A DNA stretch of 64,000 nt, taken from NCBI GenBank assembly GCA_015233405.1, contig JADFXT010000008.1:11250-75249 (forward strand), written 5' to 3'. The translations under genes and the position numbers were made by a program. The notes beneath the pieces are model-generated. The model worked only from the letters and a program-made list of their open reading frames with translations. It searched no databases and had not been told where the DNA came from. This DNA comes from Candidatus Omnitrophota bacterium (GTDB taxonomy: Bacteria; Omnitrophota; Gorgyraeia; Zapsychrales; Zapsychraceae). Shown piece by piece: positions 17,501 through 32,500 of the stretch (position 1 is the first letter of the stretch; each line of letters opens with the position of its first letter).

Positions 17501-20500
17501 AGGAGAGAAAAATCCCGACATAAGAATAAGCCGGGTGGTCCAAGGAAGATTCCACATCTTCATCGGCTGTTTAATATTGCCCGTTGTTAATCCGGAGACA
17601 GCCTCGTCGACTTTTGCATATAACGCTTGAATGGTGTCATTATTAGAAATCACTCGCCCTGCTTTTGATTGATAGTCTTTTTGGTACAAGAAAAATTCGT
17701 TCTCCGCCTCAAAAACAGCCGGGCTCATCCGGGCGATGACGCCGCTTCTTTGGGTTCTTGCATGAAAACCTTTACGCCTCTCGTCGGTATTCCGCTCGAT
17801 AGACCAGATCTCATCCCACAAAGGATCTAAATCCATTTTATAAAGCTGTGCGGAATCAACAAAAACTGTCCTAGCACCCCTATGAATGGACCGGCCGATT
17901 TGCATTAAAACATATCGACGGATAAACGGCACATATATTTTCGCGTATTGCGCCATGGCCTGTTTGTTATAAGAAACATTCTTTAATCCCGCAAAAAGGG
18001 CCTTAAGAACGACCTGGCTGACAGAGAGCTTTAATAATGCCCAAACCTGCGCTAACGACGGAGAATAAAACGCGTTGTCTCCTTTAATAACCATAAAACC
18101 TTTTTGGGCCAAATATCTTACAATCGTGGTCTTACCGCTGGCCGGCAATCCTGTTATCCCGACGAGCTTTACTCCCATTTTTTCTTTTAACTCTTTAACA
18201 GATGCAATCTTTAGCTGATCACGTTTACTCAATTCCTGTCCACGGACCATTGTTTCGGAAGCAAAAGGATTTCCTGCCAAGCGTAAATATTCTTTCACAA
18301 TCGCGATATTGACTGGCACCTGGCGGACCGCGTTGATCAAATTGTCGTCTAATCCCAGACGTTTAATTTCCTTCTTTGCCAACTCTTCGTTTGATTGTGC
18401 CACAATTTGAATATCGGTCTTTGCCCAAGAATCTATAAGGTAAAAGAATCCGATCTCCGTCTTATATTCCGGATTGTTCTCTATAATCTCGCGTGCCTTT
18501 TTTCGGAACGCTTCGCTTTTGACAAACGCAAGGTTATATCCACCCGTCGACCTTCTCGCTATCCGTCGAACTTTGCCCAAGGTATAATGAAGCCCGGCGA
18601 TAGTCCCGATATAATGGATCTGCGCATCTGTTAATCCATATTTTGTTAATGCCTCGTAAATAAATCCATTTCGATCTAAAATTAAATCTCGGGAAACTTG
18701 CTCATGGTCGTCAAACGTGAAGCTTCCATTGTTCAGAGGCTTTTTCGCAAACTTGCCGATATCATGAAGAATGATCGCAAAAACGAGCAAATCTTTTTTA
18801 GCAACACCGTCTATCTTTTCCTGTAAAGCCCCCTCACATAATTCCCAAATATCTCTCCAGAGACTAGGCGCATCAAAATACGCATCCAAACATTTTTGTG
18901 TATGGGTAATGATGCCCCATTGATGCCATTTAGGCGAATGATGGAGCACATTGTCCACATCAGCGGCAAATTGTTGTCTGTAAACAGGATCTAGGGCTAT
19001 GTTATTTTCCACGACACGCTTGGCAAACCCCGTTAATAAACCAAAGAATTCTTCATGCTCAACGAGGACTTGCTTATCCACCAGGGACAGCAACATGGAA
19101 ACTTGTTTTATAAATTCAGGATTGGGCGACAATAGCCCCATGCTCTCTATAGAAACAACTTTGTCCGGGAAGATCTTATTTAATAACTCCTTAATCGTTC
19201 CGATGGCTCGCCGGGATTCCGAAGAGTTACGCTTTTCTTCGCTATTGGCAATCTCTAAAGCCTCAGCCAAATACGGCACCACACGAATCCATTTCTCGTT
19301 CATCTCCTCAGAGGAATAATTTTTGATCACAGAATCCGCCTTCTTCTTAAGCGGATTAACAAATTCTATTTCCCCATCTTCGACGATCGGCCAGTACTGT
19401 AAAGTTTGGAAAGGAGGATTGCCTCTGGTATCCAGATCACGCAATAATCTTCGCATCAAGCGCAATTCCAGAGGAACATCGACAAAGATCTTTTCTATCG
19501 GAGCATCTTTCACCTCTTCTGTCATCATCGGATCAAGAGCATAAAGCGATTCTAATAATAACGTTCCATTTTCCGGTAAAGAAACAACCCTGCCGGAATG
19601 TCTCTTACTTTCGTGGGTTTTCATATCAAACGCAGGTAAGTCAACCTCTTCTCCCCTCATCAAGCGCCCAATATCTTCTTTGGCCCATTCCAGGTGAATA
19701 GCCCCCGGCGAATCCCCATTCGGACTGCCATCTGCTTCTAACTTTGGCCATTCGGCTATATTCTTGTAATACCAATCTAACGATAACAATAAGACCGGGC
19801 TTCCAGACTTTTCAATTTCTTCCACTTTCTTCTCAGCCAAAGTCGTTTTTCCGCTTCCGCTCGGTCCGCCGATGATGATCACGTTGCGGGTATTCAGCGT
19901 CGAAGAAACTGCCTCCTTGGCTTGCGGAATTTTAAGATCTGTGAAAAGAAGCATATCTAGAACCCACTTAGAGAGCGAAGATGGACGATAATACAACGCA
20001 TCTATATCCAAATAAGTTTTAATCCCTTTCTTCGCCCAATAGCCAACGCGGCTTTCTTCCACAGTAATCCCATATCTGGAAGGCGACTTTTCTTCACCAG
20101 TAGATGGAAGAATATAATCTTTTTTGGGACACGCTTCTAGGGCAATATTTTTTTGTTTTATGATGTTAAGGATTTCCTCAACCTTTTGACTAATGCCTTG
20201 ATACTGGCGGCTCTGCGGATAAAGATTCCGCAAAATAAGAGCATGGCCGATGCGTGAATGATCTGGCAATATTTCTATGGCATCACGGATATACTTTAAG
20301 TGAGCATGAATGACTTTCTCGTTATCCAACTTATTTATTTCTCCCAAATGCGCTGTGATGACAAATCCTTCTTGATGCGCCAAGTTAATAGCATCCTTCC
20401 AATAAGATATAGGAAAATTCATATCAGACGCACCGGAGAAATCTATGCCATACATTCTCGAAGAATATTCTTTTCCGCCCTTCTTCAAATCAGCCAATGT

Positions 20501-23500
20501 TTGTATAACATCCTTAAATTTCTTGGGATCTTTCATAAAGGGGTTTCCGCGATTGAAGGAAAACATAAACTTGACCTGATGCTTGCCACCATAATGTTCA
20601 TCCGCATAATTTTCCGCTTCCGTAGCAACCTTATAAATATCCCACAGTCTTTCGTCGATAGAATCATAATAAGGCTTGCGAGGATTGAATCTTAATTCAA
20701 CCCATTTCGCTCCATCCGCGAAAGCTTGTTCGATGGCACGTTTTGCCAACTTTCTTGCAAATGCCTTTTTATCCTCTTGGTTTTTATATAAATCTTCTGG
20801 AAGGTCTTTGACATCGGACCAGCCTAACAAATTAATGTCATTTTTCTGCTCGAGATGAGATAGAAATGTGTTATTCGATATCTTTCTATCACGTAACATG
20901 TTGGCCAAATCTTCTCTCATTTGGTTCTCTGAATATTTGTTATTATCGGCCATTCGTAAATATTCTTTAAATGCCTCCCGTATATTCAGTTCTCCGTTTT
21001 TCACCAAAGGCTTGTCTCCAGCTTCTTTTCTCTTAAGGTCAAACTTACCTCTATCAGCTATCAAAAGATCTATAAATTCCTCATCAGGATATGAGGCCGT
21101 CGTATGATAATGTACTGTCAATTTTCTCCAAATTGTTCTGATCATCCAGATAAGCGCCTGATAAACAAGATTATCGAATAACGAAGAAGGATCTTCTTTT
21201 TGCTCTTCGATATTGCCGACTTTTTCCTGAAGGTCTTTTATCACGGATAATGTTTTTTCAGAAAAATTCGGCCTCTTAGCCAAATCACAAAACACTTGAT
21301 GGATTGTCCTATTTTCATCACGCTTTATCTCGTCCTCTAAAAGAACAACTAAATCTGAAATCTCTTTGATGCGCTCAGGAGTGAAATATTCAGAAGTCTT
21401 ATGCAATTCTTCATAGAAAACAGGCGCCATTTGTAATCGTTGCTGGATGTCAGCTTGATAGAATTTCTGAACAAATTCTTTGGCTAACTTTTCCATAGCC
21501 TTATCGTGATCAGGATTGGATTCATGCTTTTTGATGATGGAATATAAGCGAGGATTTTGACTACGCCCAAAATCTTCAGGGACGTTCCAAAGGATTTTTC
21601 CGTCTTCTTGTCGACGAGCGATTTCAAATTTTTCCGGTGGACCGCGAAGCGTAATTTGATTCTTCTCTGCCGCACTTTTGACCAGATCAACAGCTTCCTT
21701 ATAAAGTTGCCGAAGCTGAGCTGCTGCCTTAGGATGATAATTCGCCACCGCTAACTTAAAGTCAATCGGTTTGATCGCGTGGGTGGAAGAATTTTTCTTT
21801 CCCGATAAGCCGGATGAAGTTTTCTTCCGTTGACGAGTCAATCGATTCTTGAGCGTTTTACTCAAGGTAAAAGGCTTTATGCCTTTAACGAAAGCTCCGA
21901 TATTCTTTAAAATACCTTTGGGTTCCGGCGCACTCTCGACGGGTTTCGCCTGCGGCTCTTCGATCTCAACAATATCTTCACGGGTATCAACAGCGTCTTC
22001 TCGGGCATCGGCCTCGCCGGTCACATCATGGCCCAAAGAAGTCGCGGAAGCTATTCTGTAGCGCAACTCTTCAATAGCATCTTTTCTGTCCGTCGAGCTT
22101 TCGACATATCGGCCGGACACAAAATTGGTCACCCCGCCCTTGGCCGCCTTGGAAATATTCTTGTCCGTAATACCTCCCTGAATAAGAATTTCACCTTTAA
22201 ACTTTCTCTGCTTGCGCAGTTCTCTGGCCTTATATTCAACCGGTGTAAAATCTTTTCCGGTCCCGGCGGTGATGGAAGACGTCAAGCAGATCATGTCTGC
22301 TTCTTTGAGGACCTTGTCGGATAACAAAGAAACCTCTTCTTCCAATTCAAGGACAACGCCGGCCAGCTTTTTATGTTTCTTGATAAACCTTAGAATATTA
22401 AGCAAGTCTTTCTCGTCGGCGAAACTATCTCTCTGCACCTCAATACTGCGGACATTAAGATCCTTGTTACAATAAGAAGACACTAATTCCGCGCTCGGAT
22501 TTAAAACCATCAAATGAACATCCATCAGAATATCGAGATCAAGAATTTTTCTCAGCTTTAATAAAAATGTAGGGGTCACCCAGTTGCTATTGGCAACCAA
22601 ATTGGGGCTCAAACCTTCTTTATGAAGCTTATCGAGAAATGACTGTTCAATCCTGTCAATATGAATAAAATCTGCACCGATCGACGTAGAACCGGCCATC
22701 TTCTCCACAAAATAATCCTGCGCGACCTTGCCACCTAAATTGCGAACTTGATTCTCGGTAAGATCAGGGAACGGCACGCCGATCAAGATCGGGCGCTTGG
22801 CGGTCAGCTTGCTCCAGATAACCACAACTGCGGTTAACCCCAAAGCAATCAACGTAGTCCATAAAAGCGTCATAAGTCCGTACGAATGGCTCCAGATGAT
22901 GATCCCGGCGGCAAAAATGGCTAGGACGCCTAAATTGGCAGATAAAAACAGCAAATAAGAAAATCCTGGATGGCGTCTATTAGAAATATAATTACGGAAC
23001 AAAGAATTCAAATACCCCGTCGCAAAATTAGCCAAGACGCTAAACGCCGGCGGCACGACGTTTTGCACAAATTCGTTCTGAATAAAGTCCAACGGCATTC
23101 TGGCTTTTAAGGCCAACCATTGTTTGTTAAGTTGGCTCTTATAGGAATAATCCGCTAAAAGCTTATTGGCTTTTTTATCAGGCATGTCGTGAGCCTTTTG
23201 CCTGTCACGAATGTACATCTTGATAAATCGCGGATGGAAAAATATCCCGTAAAGAAAAGTAATGGGAACTCCCCAGGCCAGAGAAATCAAGACGCGGGTA
23301 AAATGATAAACTCCGACGGGGAAGAAATGGTTGATGACAAGGATAAAGAAAATGTCCGTCGCAATTCCTTGGATAAATCGCCAGCCCATAAATTCCCATA
23401 ATCTTCGGTTCAACCGGCTTTTAAAAGCCTCGCTGTCGGAGAGAATGAGCGAGAAGCGTTCGCTCGACGCACCAAATATGGCGGAAATAAAACCGGAAAC

Positions 23501-26500
23501 GATAATAATCAGAGGTGTATACCGGTAGGCCTTATAAAATCCTATTAAATCTTTAGCGAAAATTGCGCCACACAAATAATTCATTCCAACCAACGCAGCG
23601 ATAAAAACCGCGGAAACGATAAAATAATGGATGACCATCTTCTTACGCAAAGCCTGGACATCCTTCTCCGTCATCCCCACCTCGATCTTCTTCTGTTGGA
23701 TACGGCGGATGACCAAAGCTGTTAAATTTTGCGACTCCTTCTTACTCTCAAATCCTTTTTCGATGTTTTTTCTTTCAAAAGCGATAAGCTCACGGCCGAG
23801 GGCGGTATCTTGATATTCGATCGGAAGGTAAATCAGGCCATCGAGGACACAGCTAAGGACAAAGGCTCCGGAGGAAGAATACAAACAAGGAACTCCGGGA
23901 GATTGATTACGGATATCGGATTCATTTAACTTGACATAATACACATGCCCACCGACGGGAATGACCGTGTTCTGCTTAATAATGGTGCGTAGCGCTGACT
24001 CGATTTCTGGCTTGAGATTGCCGTCCTTGGTCAACTGCCCACGCCCGCAGGCAAAATTTTTCTTATCGCCATTATTTTGAACTGGCTTGCTTTCAGACGA
24101 TTTCGCCGGCGCCGGCGCAATCTGCGTTGACTTCTTCCAAACCGCCATTTGGGCGAGTAAAGATTTTCGTAACGCTTTTCCTTGGAAGACCAACTTAAAC
24201 AAGAACTTGATCGTCTCAAGATCGCCTTTCCACCACGGCATATTTTCATAACGATGGTCGATCTCTTCGGCAAATTTCCCGACGCCGTTATGCCAATATT
24301 CATCAAATTCCTCTAGGCTATTCCACCGGTCATACCCGCCCAAACCCTTCCGTAAGAAAATGCCCGGGCTAAAAATCCCATACTGGGAGGTAAAAGAACG
24401 CTGAAGCCTACGCTCTTGGTCTGGCGGAAACGCCCTCGGGCCAAACAATGCAAGCTGGCCCATGAGAACGTTAAATAGCTGCGGAAGCTCGTCGAGCAAT
24501 GTGCTTCTTAAAAATTTCCCGCCGGGAATGTGATCAAAATTATTATTTCGTGATATCGTGTCCTGATCTTCCGTTGCCGGCTCATAAGGTGTCAGTGTCC
24601 TAAATTTCAACATCGTAAAGAGCTTGCCATTACGGCTATACCGTTTCTGTTTATAAATAATCGGGCCGGGATATTTTCCTTGACGGGACCAAAGATAGAC
24701 GGCAATGAAAGCCATGGCAGGTGAAAAAACAATAATCGCAACCAAAGAAACAATGATCTCTACCGCCCTCTTGATCCAGATGTGTCTATCATGGATGGTT
24801 TTTGAAACGACCGTAGGAACAAGACCTGAAACAGCGGACTTTTCCTCCAAGAGTTCATCGACGGTTCGCTGAATTTCTTCCTTCATAAAAGAATCAGTTT
24901 TAAGGCCTTTAACAATTTTCCAGGTCTTTCCGTTCGACCGGACAGGGAACCCGAACATAAGACCTTTTGGTATTCCATAACTTCCGTCGGAAGCAACCGC
25001 TACGGAGAAGAACTCTCCTTTCGGCGTGGGCGTTGTCAAATTCTTAACCGTATCAACAATAGCCTGGACCGCTGAAATAGCAGAAGATTTCCCGCGCGCT
25101 TTAATAACTTCCGCGCCCCTTTGCCGGGCTTTTGTCAAAAATTCCGACTTAAGCCATGCTTCATCCAATACATCCACAACGGGCCTGCCTTGAATTGTCG
25201 CGTGAAGAAAATCAGGATATTGCGTCGCAGAATGATTGCCCCAAACCGCTATATTTTTTACATCGGAAACATGATAACCGGCCTTATTTGCCAAAAAGGC
25301 CTTAGCCCGATTCTGGTCCAACATCATTAAGGCGAAAAAGTTTTCTTGCGGAACATTTTTCATAAAGGCCTTAGCAATGTAGGCATTGGTGTTCGCCGGA
25401 TTTCCGACGACCAGGACCTTGCAGGACGGTTTGGCATTTTGGGATAATGCTTTACCCTGGGCTGCAAAAATTTCGCCATTGATATTCAGAAGGTCTTTGC
25501 GCTCCATCCCATTCTTACGAGGCATTCCTCCGACGAGTATAGCCCAATCTGCATCCTTGAAAGCTTCCGAAAGATTACTCGTGGCAATGACTGTCTTAAG
25601 TAACGAAAATTTATGGTCCTGAATCTCCTTCGCAATTTTTGCTAAGGTGTCCGAAGCCTGCGGAACATCCAAAAGCTGAAGAATGATCTCTGTTTCAAGT
25701 CCAAACATTTCGCCCGAAGCGATACGGGGCAATAGAACCCGGCCGATCTGTCCAGCAGCGCCAGTAACCGTCACCTTCATCAATTTCGTCGGCGAGACGA
25801 CATCTTTTCTGCCTTTATTCAAAAATTCTTCAGGGATCTCTGTTGCAGCCTTCCCTTGGATCTCCAAGATAGTTCCCTCGCCAGAGAGAACATAATTCGC
25901 GCCTTTTAAAGCCTGCTCATAATCATCGCCCCATGTCACAGAACTTAAGATCGGCGACGCAAAATCTTCAAGTTCCATAACTAGACCTTTTAAGATATGG
26001 CTATTTTCAGCACTATCGACGAGGCGTAATTCGATATTCCGCTTGCCAAACATCTCGCCGGAAACAATGCGAGATAGCAAAGAATAAGCTTTCTCACTAG
26101 AAGCTCCAGGCACAACGACTTTAAGCGATGGCTTAGAGGTAGGTTTCTCTTGTGTTGTGACTTTGTTTTCTTCTTTTCCCGACCCTATCGCCTCATTGAC
26201 CAGTTCAGCGAATTGCGGAAAATATGCTTGGTACGCTTTCACATTTGTTTGGTTGGGCTTTGTGACTTTATCTTCAGTCGCGGCCAGATTCTTCAACGCA
26301 TCATTCCAAGACAATTGATTGTCATGTGTTGAATCATAATAGGCCTTACGTGCGACAATGGCGCTTCCCATCGAGACCGGCTCTCTGCCGCCCTTTAACA
26401 TGCGGACATCCGCGTTAAAAATATCCGCAATGATCTGACGGGTGGTGGCATTACGCGCCCCGCCGCCCGTTAAATTGATTTCCGTGACTTTAAGCCCAAT

Positions 26501-29500
26501 TTGGTCCGCCACCCATTTTAAGAAATACGTCTGGCCTTCCGACGCGGCGCGTAAGATTTGAGCGCGATTTTCTTTTGTGAAATTACCAAGGTTTCGCGTA
26601 AAATATTTGCCCGGTGTGTGCGGAATCCTGACCGCTTCTTCCTGCGTATTCTGCGTGATCATCATCGCCCCGTTATTTCCCGACGGGACCGTTGCTAACA
26701 GCTCTTCAAAGATCTCCCATTTGATGTTACTGATATCATCTTTATCTTTCTTGTCATCCATGACCGGCATGCGTCCGTATTTCTTCTCGAACCGCACAGA
26801 CGCTTCTTCGGTTGTGATGTACATATCGCGAATGTCCCGTAGCGCCAGCCCGCCGTTCTGGAAGCATACCAGCTTCATATACTCGCCCGTCGGCTCTCTA
26901 AAGACATGGCCAATAATATTCTTGAATGTCGCCTTAAGGTTTTTCTGATTTAGATAAGTATATAAAGTAAAGGACGTCCCTAAGCTCATGGCGATCGCAC
27001 CCGGTTTAACGATCCCTTGGCCGGTCATACTGGCCGGATTATCTCCCGTCAAATTTACGACAACCGTTTGGTCAGAGAATCCGTATTTCTTGACCCAATA
27101 CGGCGCAATTTTACCCACAATCTCCGTCGACGGCTTAAGTCCGCTTAATTTTTTCCGCACGCCCGGGACCAATTTGTCTAATTGACGAAGCCAACGGCCC
27201 TTCTTGACATCCATTGCATTGGTTCCGGCTCCGTCGCCGAGATCCCACGGAAACCGCGCATCTGCAGTTAATAGAGATCCGTTATACGCGGCAATATTTA
27301 AGATCGTGTCCGTCTGATCATACGCTGCTTTATTTTCATGATAAAACCTCATGATCTGCGGGAAGGAGAATCGAAGCTCTCCCTTGGACCCGGTCAGCTT
27401 CATTAATTTTTTAGCCCCGCCAAAGAATTTCTCCAGTTGCTCAACTTCAGCCCCGGTCGTTTTATCCATCCAGATCGGCGCTGTTTCCCTCGAGAAGATC
27501 CCTTTAATCTGCTCCTCCAGCGGAAGGTTAGGATTCAAACTCTTAAGTCTTTGAGCAGCTTCCTTGTTGTAATAAACCGTGCCGTGCTGCTGGCCTGCTC
27601 CGGAAATTGCTTTAATATTCCCGACGCTCCATCCCTTCTTTGCAAATTCTTCCTTTAACACCTGCATATTTCTATCCAATGCCGCAGCCAACATCAAAGG
27701 CGAAGTGTGATTTAAGTTCGTATTCCCTTCCCTTAACTTCACTAAATACCCGTAGGGGGCGTTATACTTGGCATACTGCGGGTCTTCATATTTTTCCTGG
27801 TGAGACCAAACGATTTCGTTCTTATCCCCGTCGATAACGGTCATCGTCACCGACTGAGTACTCGAATTAACCCCTAAGAACCAGTTGTGGGAATTATTGA
27901 GATTAGACAATAACACGATCTCTGCATTATCCAGCTTGACATTTCTCGCATCTATTTCTCCAGCTTCATTAATTGATGTTTTATCGCCCAAAATGATGCG
28001 CATCGCGCCGATTTGCGTACCATGACTGAACATCACAACAGTTTTACCTTCATATTGGCGGTTCAACTTCATCAGTAGCTCTTTAGTCCTCAGAAGTAAA
28101 TCCAGATAGCTTTCGCCTTTTATCGGCCGCACAATGACGTCGCCCTCTTGACGATATCTGTTGACCAATGCCTGATCTTCGAGTGAAAGGTCTGATGGAA
28201 CTTTATTTTCCCAAACACCAAATGACCGTTCTTTAGCTAACGGCTCTTCGATAATATTGATCTTGATCCCGGTTTGCTCTTGGACATACTCGACAAACGC
28301 ACGGGCCGTATCCATGGCTCGGGTCAGCGGGCTTGCAATAACGACGATCTCTTCGCCGGCAAGGATCTTGGATTTTAATTGGGCGAATAATTTTTCTGCA
28401 GCTGCTTTGACTTGTTTCCGCCCATTTTCAGACAACTGATTGACCGCCTCATCCACGTCGCCCTGGAATGATCCCGGAGCCAGATTTTTTTCTGTCTCTC
28501 CGTGCCTGACCGCCCAGAATTCAAATCGAGGAGCGGCAACACTTGTATCATGATTACTAAATTTGGTTTTGTTCGTTCTTTGGTTGAGAAGGATCTTTCC
28601 GTCGAGATCTTTGATCGGCGTCCACATATTATCTAGAATTCTATCGAGCTTATCTTCTACCGCATCAATGTGTTTCTTCAATTTATTCTTTTCATATAAA
28701 TAGCTAAAATTCTCTGAATAATATCCTGCCGCGAAGAAAGCAGCCCCGGCAACAATGAGGATAAGGACAGGTAAAATCACCTGCGTCAAAATTGCACCGA
28801 TTCCCGTCGCGGCACTAGCCGTTGCGGTTAATCCGAATAAAACCAATAATCCGATTTTGGAAATACTTAAAGGTTTTCGCGCCTGGCGTGAATCCTTAAC
28901 TTGTGCAGGAAAATCAACAATCAATCTTAACTTTTGATTGGATAATTTGGCGAGCGCCTTCCAGAACAAACTCGGTTCAAATTTAATTCCGTTATCCGTC
29001 GAAGAAACTTCATAATTTCTAAACGTTGCAAGATATTTAAAGCCCGCCCCGCGAGATAATCCGAGCGCCTTCGTCAAAACAGAAGCACTGCTGTTTTCTC
29101 CGCCGGCCGCACTTAAACAGCTGTCAAAAAGACCAACGCTTCCACCGGCGAAATAATCTTTATAATCCTCAAGCGGCTTGGCCTCTTTTGAGCCCAAAGC
29201 CACCTGAGTGGCTTTGAAATTATTTTTCTCTTCCGCGGCTTTCATAATGATGTTACCGACGATCCCATGCGCCGATAAATACAAAAGATTCCATTGTTCC
29301 ACATCTGCCGGCATGGCTTTGATGGCCGCAACAAGCTCCTGGATGCTACTAATTGGAGAAGGAACAACAATCCTGTATCCGGATTCCTTGATGCGCTTGG
29401 CTTGTCTTTCAAAATAAGGTTCAAGGGAACCCGAACGGTAATCCGCGCGTAGTAGAAGCGCACTGCCCGCCGGAAATCTTTCTTTTAAAGAAAGCTTTTC

Positions 29501-32500
29501 GATAAACTGTTGTGCTTTTTGGTTCGGCAGATCTTCCAAGGCAACCTTGGCCATCATGCGCTTCGCATAAGAAGGCGATTGCCTAAATATCTGCGTCAAA
29601 ACATCAACAGCCTTGTCGTCGCCTTGATGCTTTAAATAAGCGATTTTTAATCTCGTCGGGAACGAAAAAATATTTTGTTTGGTCAAGACCGGCGCCCACT
29701 GCAGTATATTTAAGAATGATTTATTAAGTTTACAACTCGCAAGAAAAACCGCCAACATCGTAAGCATGGTAACCATATGGAAAATCGTCTTTGCCGACCA
29801 CCACGCTGCTAAAGAATAAAATACCCCGGCCAATAGCGAGAACGTTATGACACCAACGCTCATCATAACAGCAATGCTCGTCGTGATAAGGCCGGTTCTC
29901 TGAATGGAAGAAACCACCTGTTCCGGCGTCTGTTTAAAAACTTCTTTCCATCCAGCATTCTTTAAAGGTTTCGCCTCAATGTTTTCTGATGAAATTTCTG
30001 TCGGATTGATTGGCGCATAAACCACTTTTCCATCAGAATCAATACCAACAACATTTTCCGTAGCATCTTTCTTTTGAGCAAAGACCAATTGTCCCTGTTC
30101 ATCGATTCCCGCAAAATCACTCACCGGCAAGAGCTCTTCTTTCTTTTCTTGGCCAAAAATCATCTCTCCGTTATCATCAATGCCTATCAATTGTTCGACA
30201 GATTCGTTGGCGGGGGCCTCTTCCTGCTCTTGCCAATCCTCCACATTTGGCTCTTGCGTTTGCCCTAATAAACTCTCAATATCTCGACGGATTTCCTGCG
30301 CTTCTTCATCATTGGAGTCTCGATTAAGAGCTTCTTGTATATTTGCCAAAGCCTCGCCATATTCAAAAGATGATTCATAGAGTTTTGCTCGTTCCTTATA
30401 AACCTCAGCGTTTTGAGGATCAAGTCTTATCGCCTGATCAAAATCACTTAAAGCTTCCTCCTTAAACCCTAACTGGGCATTCATAATTCCTTTCATAAAA
30501 TGAATCTTGGCATTCCCAGGCTCAAGAGTTCCAGCTTGCGTAAAGGCCTCCAAAGCATCTTGATATTGCTCTAATTGCCAATAAGTAAACCCAAGCCCCG
30601 CGTACACCTTGGAATTCTTGAAACCTAAATCGATTGCTTTTTGAAAATCTGCCAAGGCCTCCTGGCTTTTGGACAATTCAAAATGAAGATAACCACGCTT
30701 ATAGTAAGCCCTGACATAATTCTCGTCGATCTCAAGGGCTTTATTGAAATTAAACAGCGCTTGGTCATAGTCGCCGGACTGAAAATCAACAAGGCCTAAA
30801 ACGTAATAATTTTCTGCGCCCTGGTCATTTACGCCACCGTTTAGAACAAGAGGTTTCCGCTGCTTCTCCGCTTCCAGCGCCCTTCGCTCATGAGTTTTCT
30901 TTAATCGTGAATGGAATTCTAAAGAAAGAACAAAAATGGCTGTACGGACCCAACGAAGAACTCTTTTCTTTAAAGGAAGATTATCGAGGAATGGCTTGCT
31001 CATCTTTTGAATGGACTGGCCAATATTGGCAAGCTGTTTATTACGCATCAACAATAGCCCATAAGCAAATCCCGTCAATAAACCGATCAAATGGCCAACC
31101 TGAGCAACCGGAGCTATGGAAGCATGGGCCAATATATATACCAAAGAAATAGAAATTAAAAACGTTCTCAAATATGGATTGGATCTCGTGGCAATAAACG
31201 CGGCGGTTAATGCGAAGTCGACAACAGAAAAGCCTAAAATGTTTTGGACAAGATATTTATGCAATAAAATCAGATAAAGCCCGCTAGAAGCCAAGATACT
31301 TAATAATGAGATTATCAGAATATTCTTAGCGCCCAATTTCTTTTCAACCATATTCCCAAAGAGCCACACCACCAACATATTGCCTGTAAAATGAATTAAA
31401 TTATTGTGTAAAAATGCATGTGTGACCAGCTGCCAGATATAACCAAAATGCCAAACAGCATAGGGATATAAGGCAAAAAGATGTTTCATCCCCGTCGGCC
31501 AGAACTGCTGGAGGACAAAGATCAAGGACATGGTAAGAATAAGGCCGGTCGTCGCAGGTCGGGAAACAAATCGACCGGACTTATGTAAAATAGCCGCTAT
31601 GAGAACCAGAGCGAACGTCACAGCCATCATCACCAGGGCGGTTTCATAATCAAGGCCAAAAAACGTAGCAACAGGTTTAACCACAATAATAGTATTCGCA
31701 TTGACCACGCCTCCTAAAGCCAAGACTCCAAGAAAAGCTTTAGTGAAGAAATTTCTTCCTCTTCGAGAAGCAACAGGTTTCTTCTCAACCTTATTGTTTA
31801 AAGGAAGGTCCTTTTTCCGGCGGATTGAAGTTTTTGATTTGTCAGGACGAATCGCTTTCATAATATTCCACGACAACATTGATTCGAGTGTCGCGATGGC
31901 ATTGAATATTGCATGAAGCGTGATGGACGCAAAGAGATTGCCCGTCGTATAATAAACATATCCAAGAGCTATCCCCATAAACCACTGGATAATATTTCCG
32001 ATTTTTCCATGGGCTGTTCTAAAAATATTCGTGCTATAAAGCAGCGCTAAGAAAACCCCTAACGAAAGCTGCAAACTGACATCGAAGCCTATTGCGGGCA
32101 AGAGTAAATGAAATGGCTGGTTAAATCCCCATGGGAGAATATGCGTAAATACTTTCACCAAAAGTCTAAAGATGCCGGCTCTAAAGAACATCTCCTCAAC
32201 AATAGGAGCAATAACTGCCACAGGCAATAAACCGAACAGGAAAGACCAATTGGATAGTTTGGGAGCGTCAGGTTTTTTATCTTTCTTTTCCTTGGCGAAA
32301 ATAAAATTCGCCATAACAACAACAAAACCAATCGCATTGATTATCCATAATTTATTTTGCCAAAAGAATTGCCAACCGGCCGTTATTCCAGCTCCAATAG
32401 AAAATTGACCATGAAACAGCATCCAGAAAAAGAGGACCACGATAATTGGCCGTGCCACAACAAACAAAATTGTAAAGATAGGATTATTATATTCTGTAAC

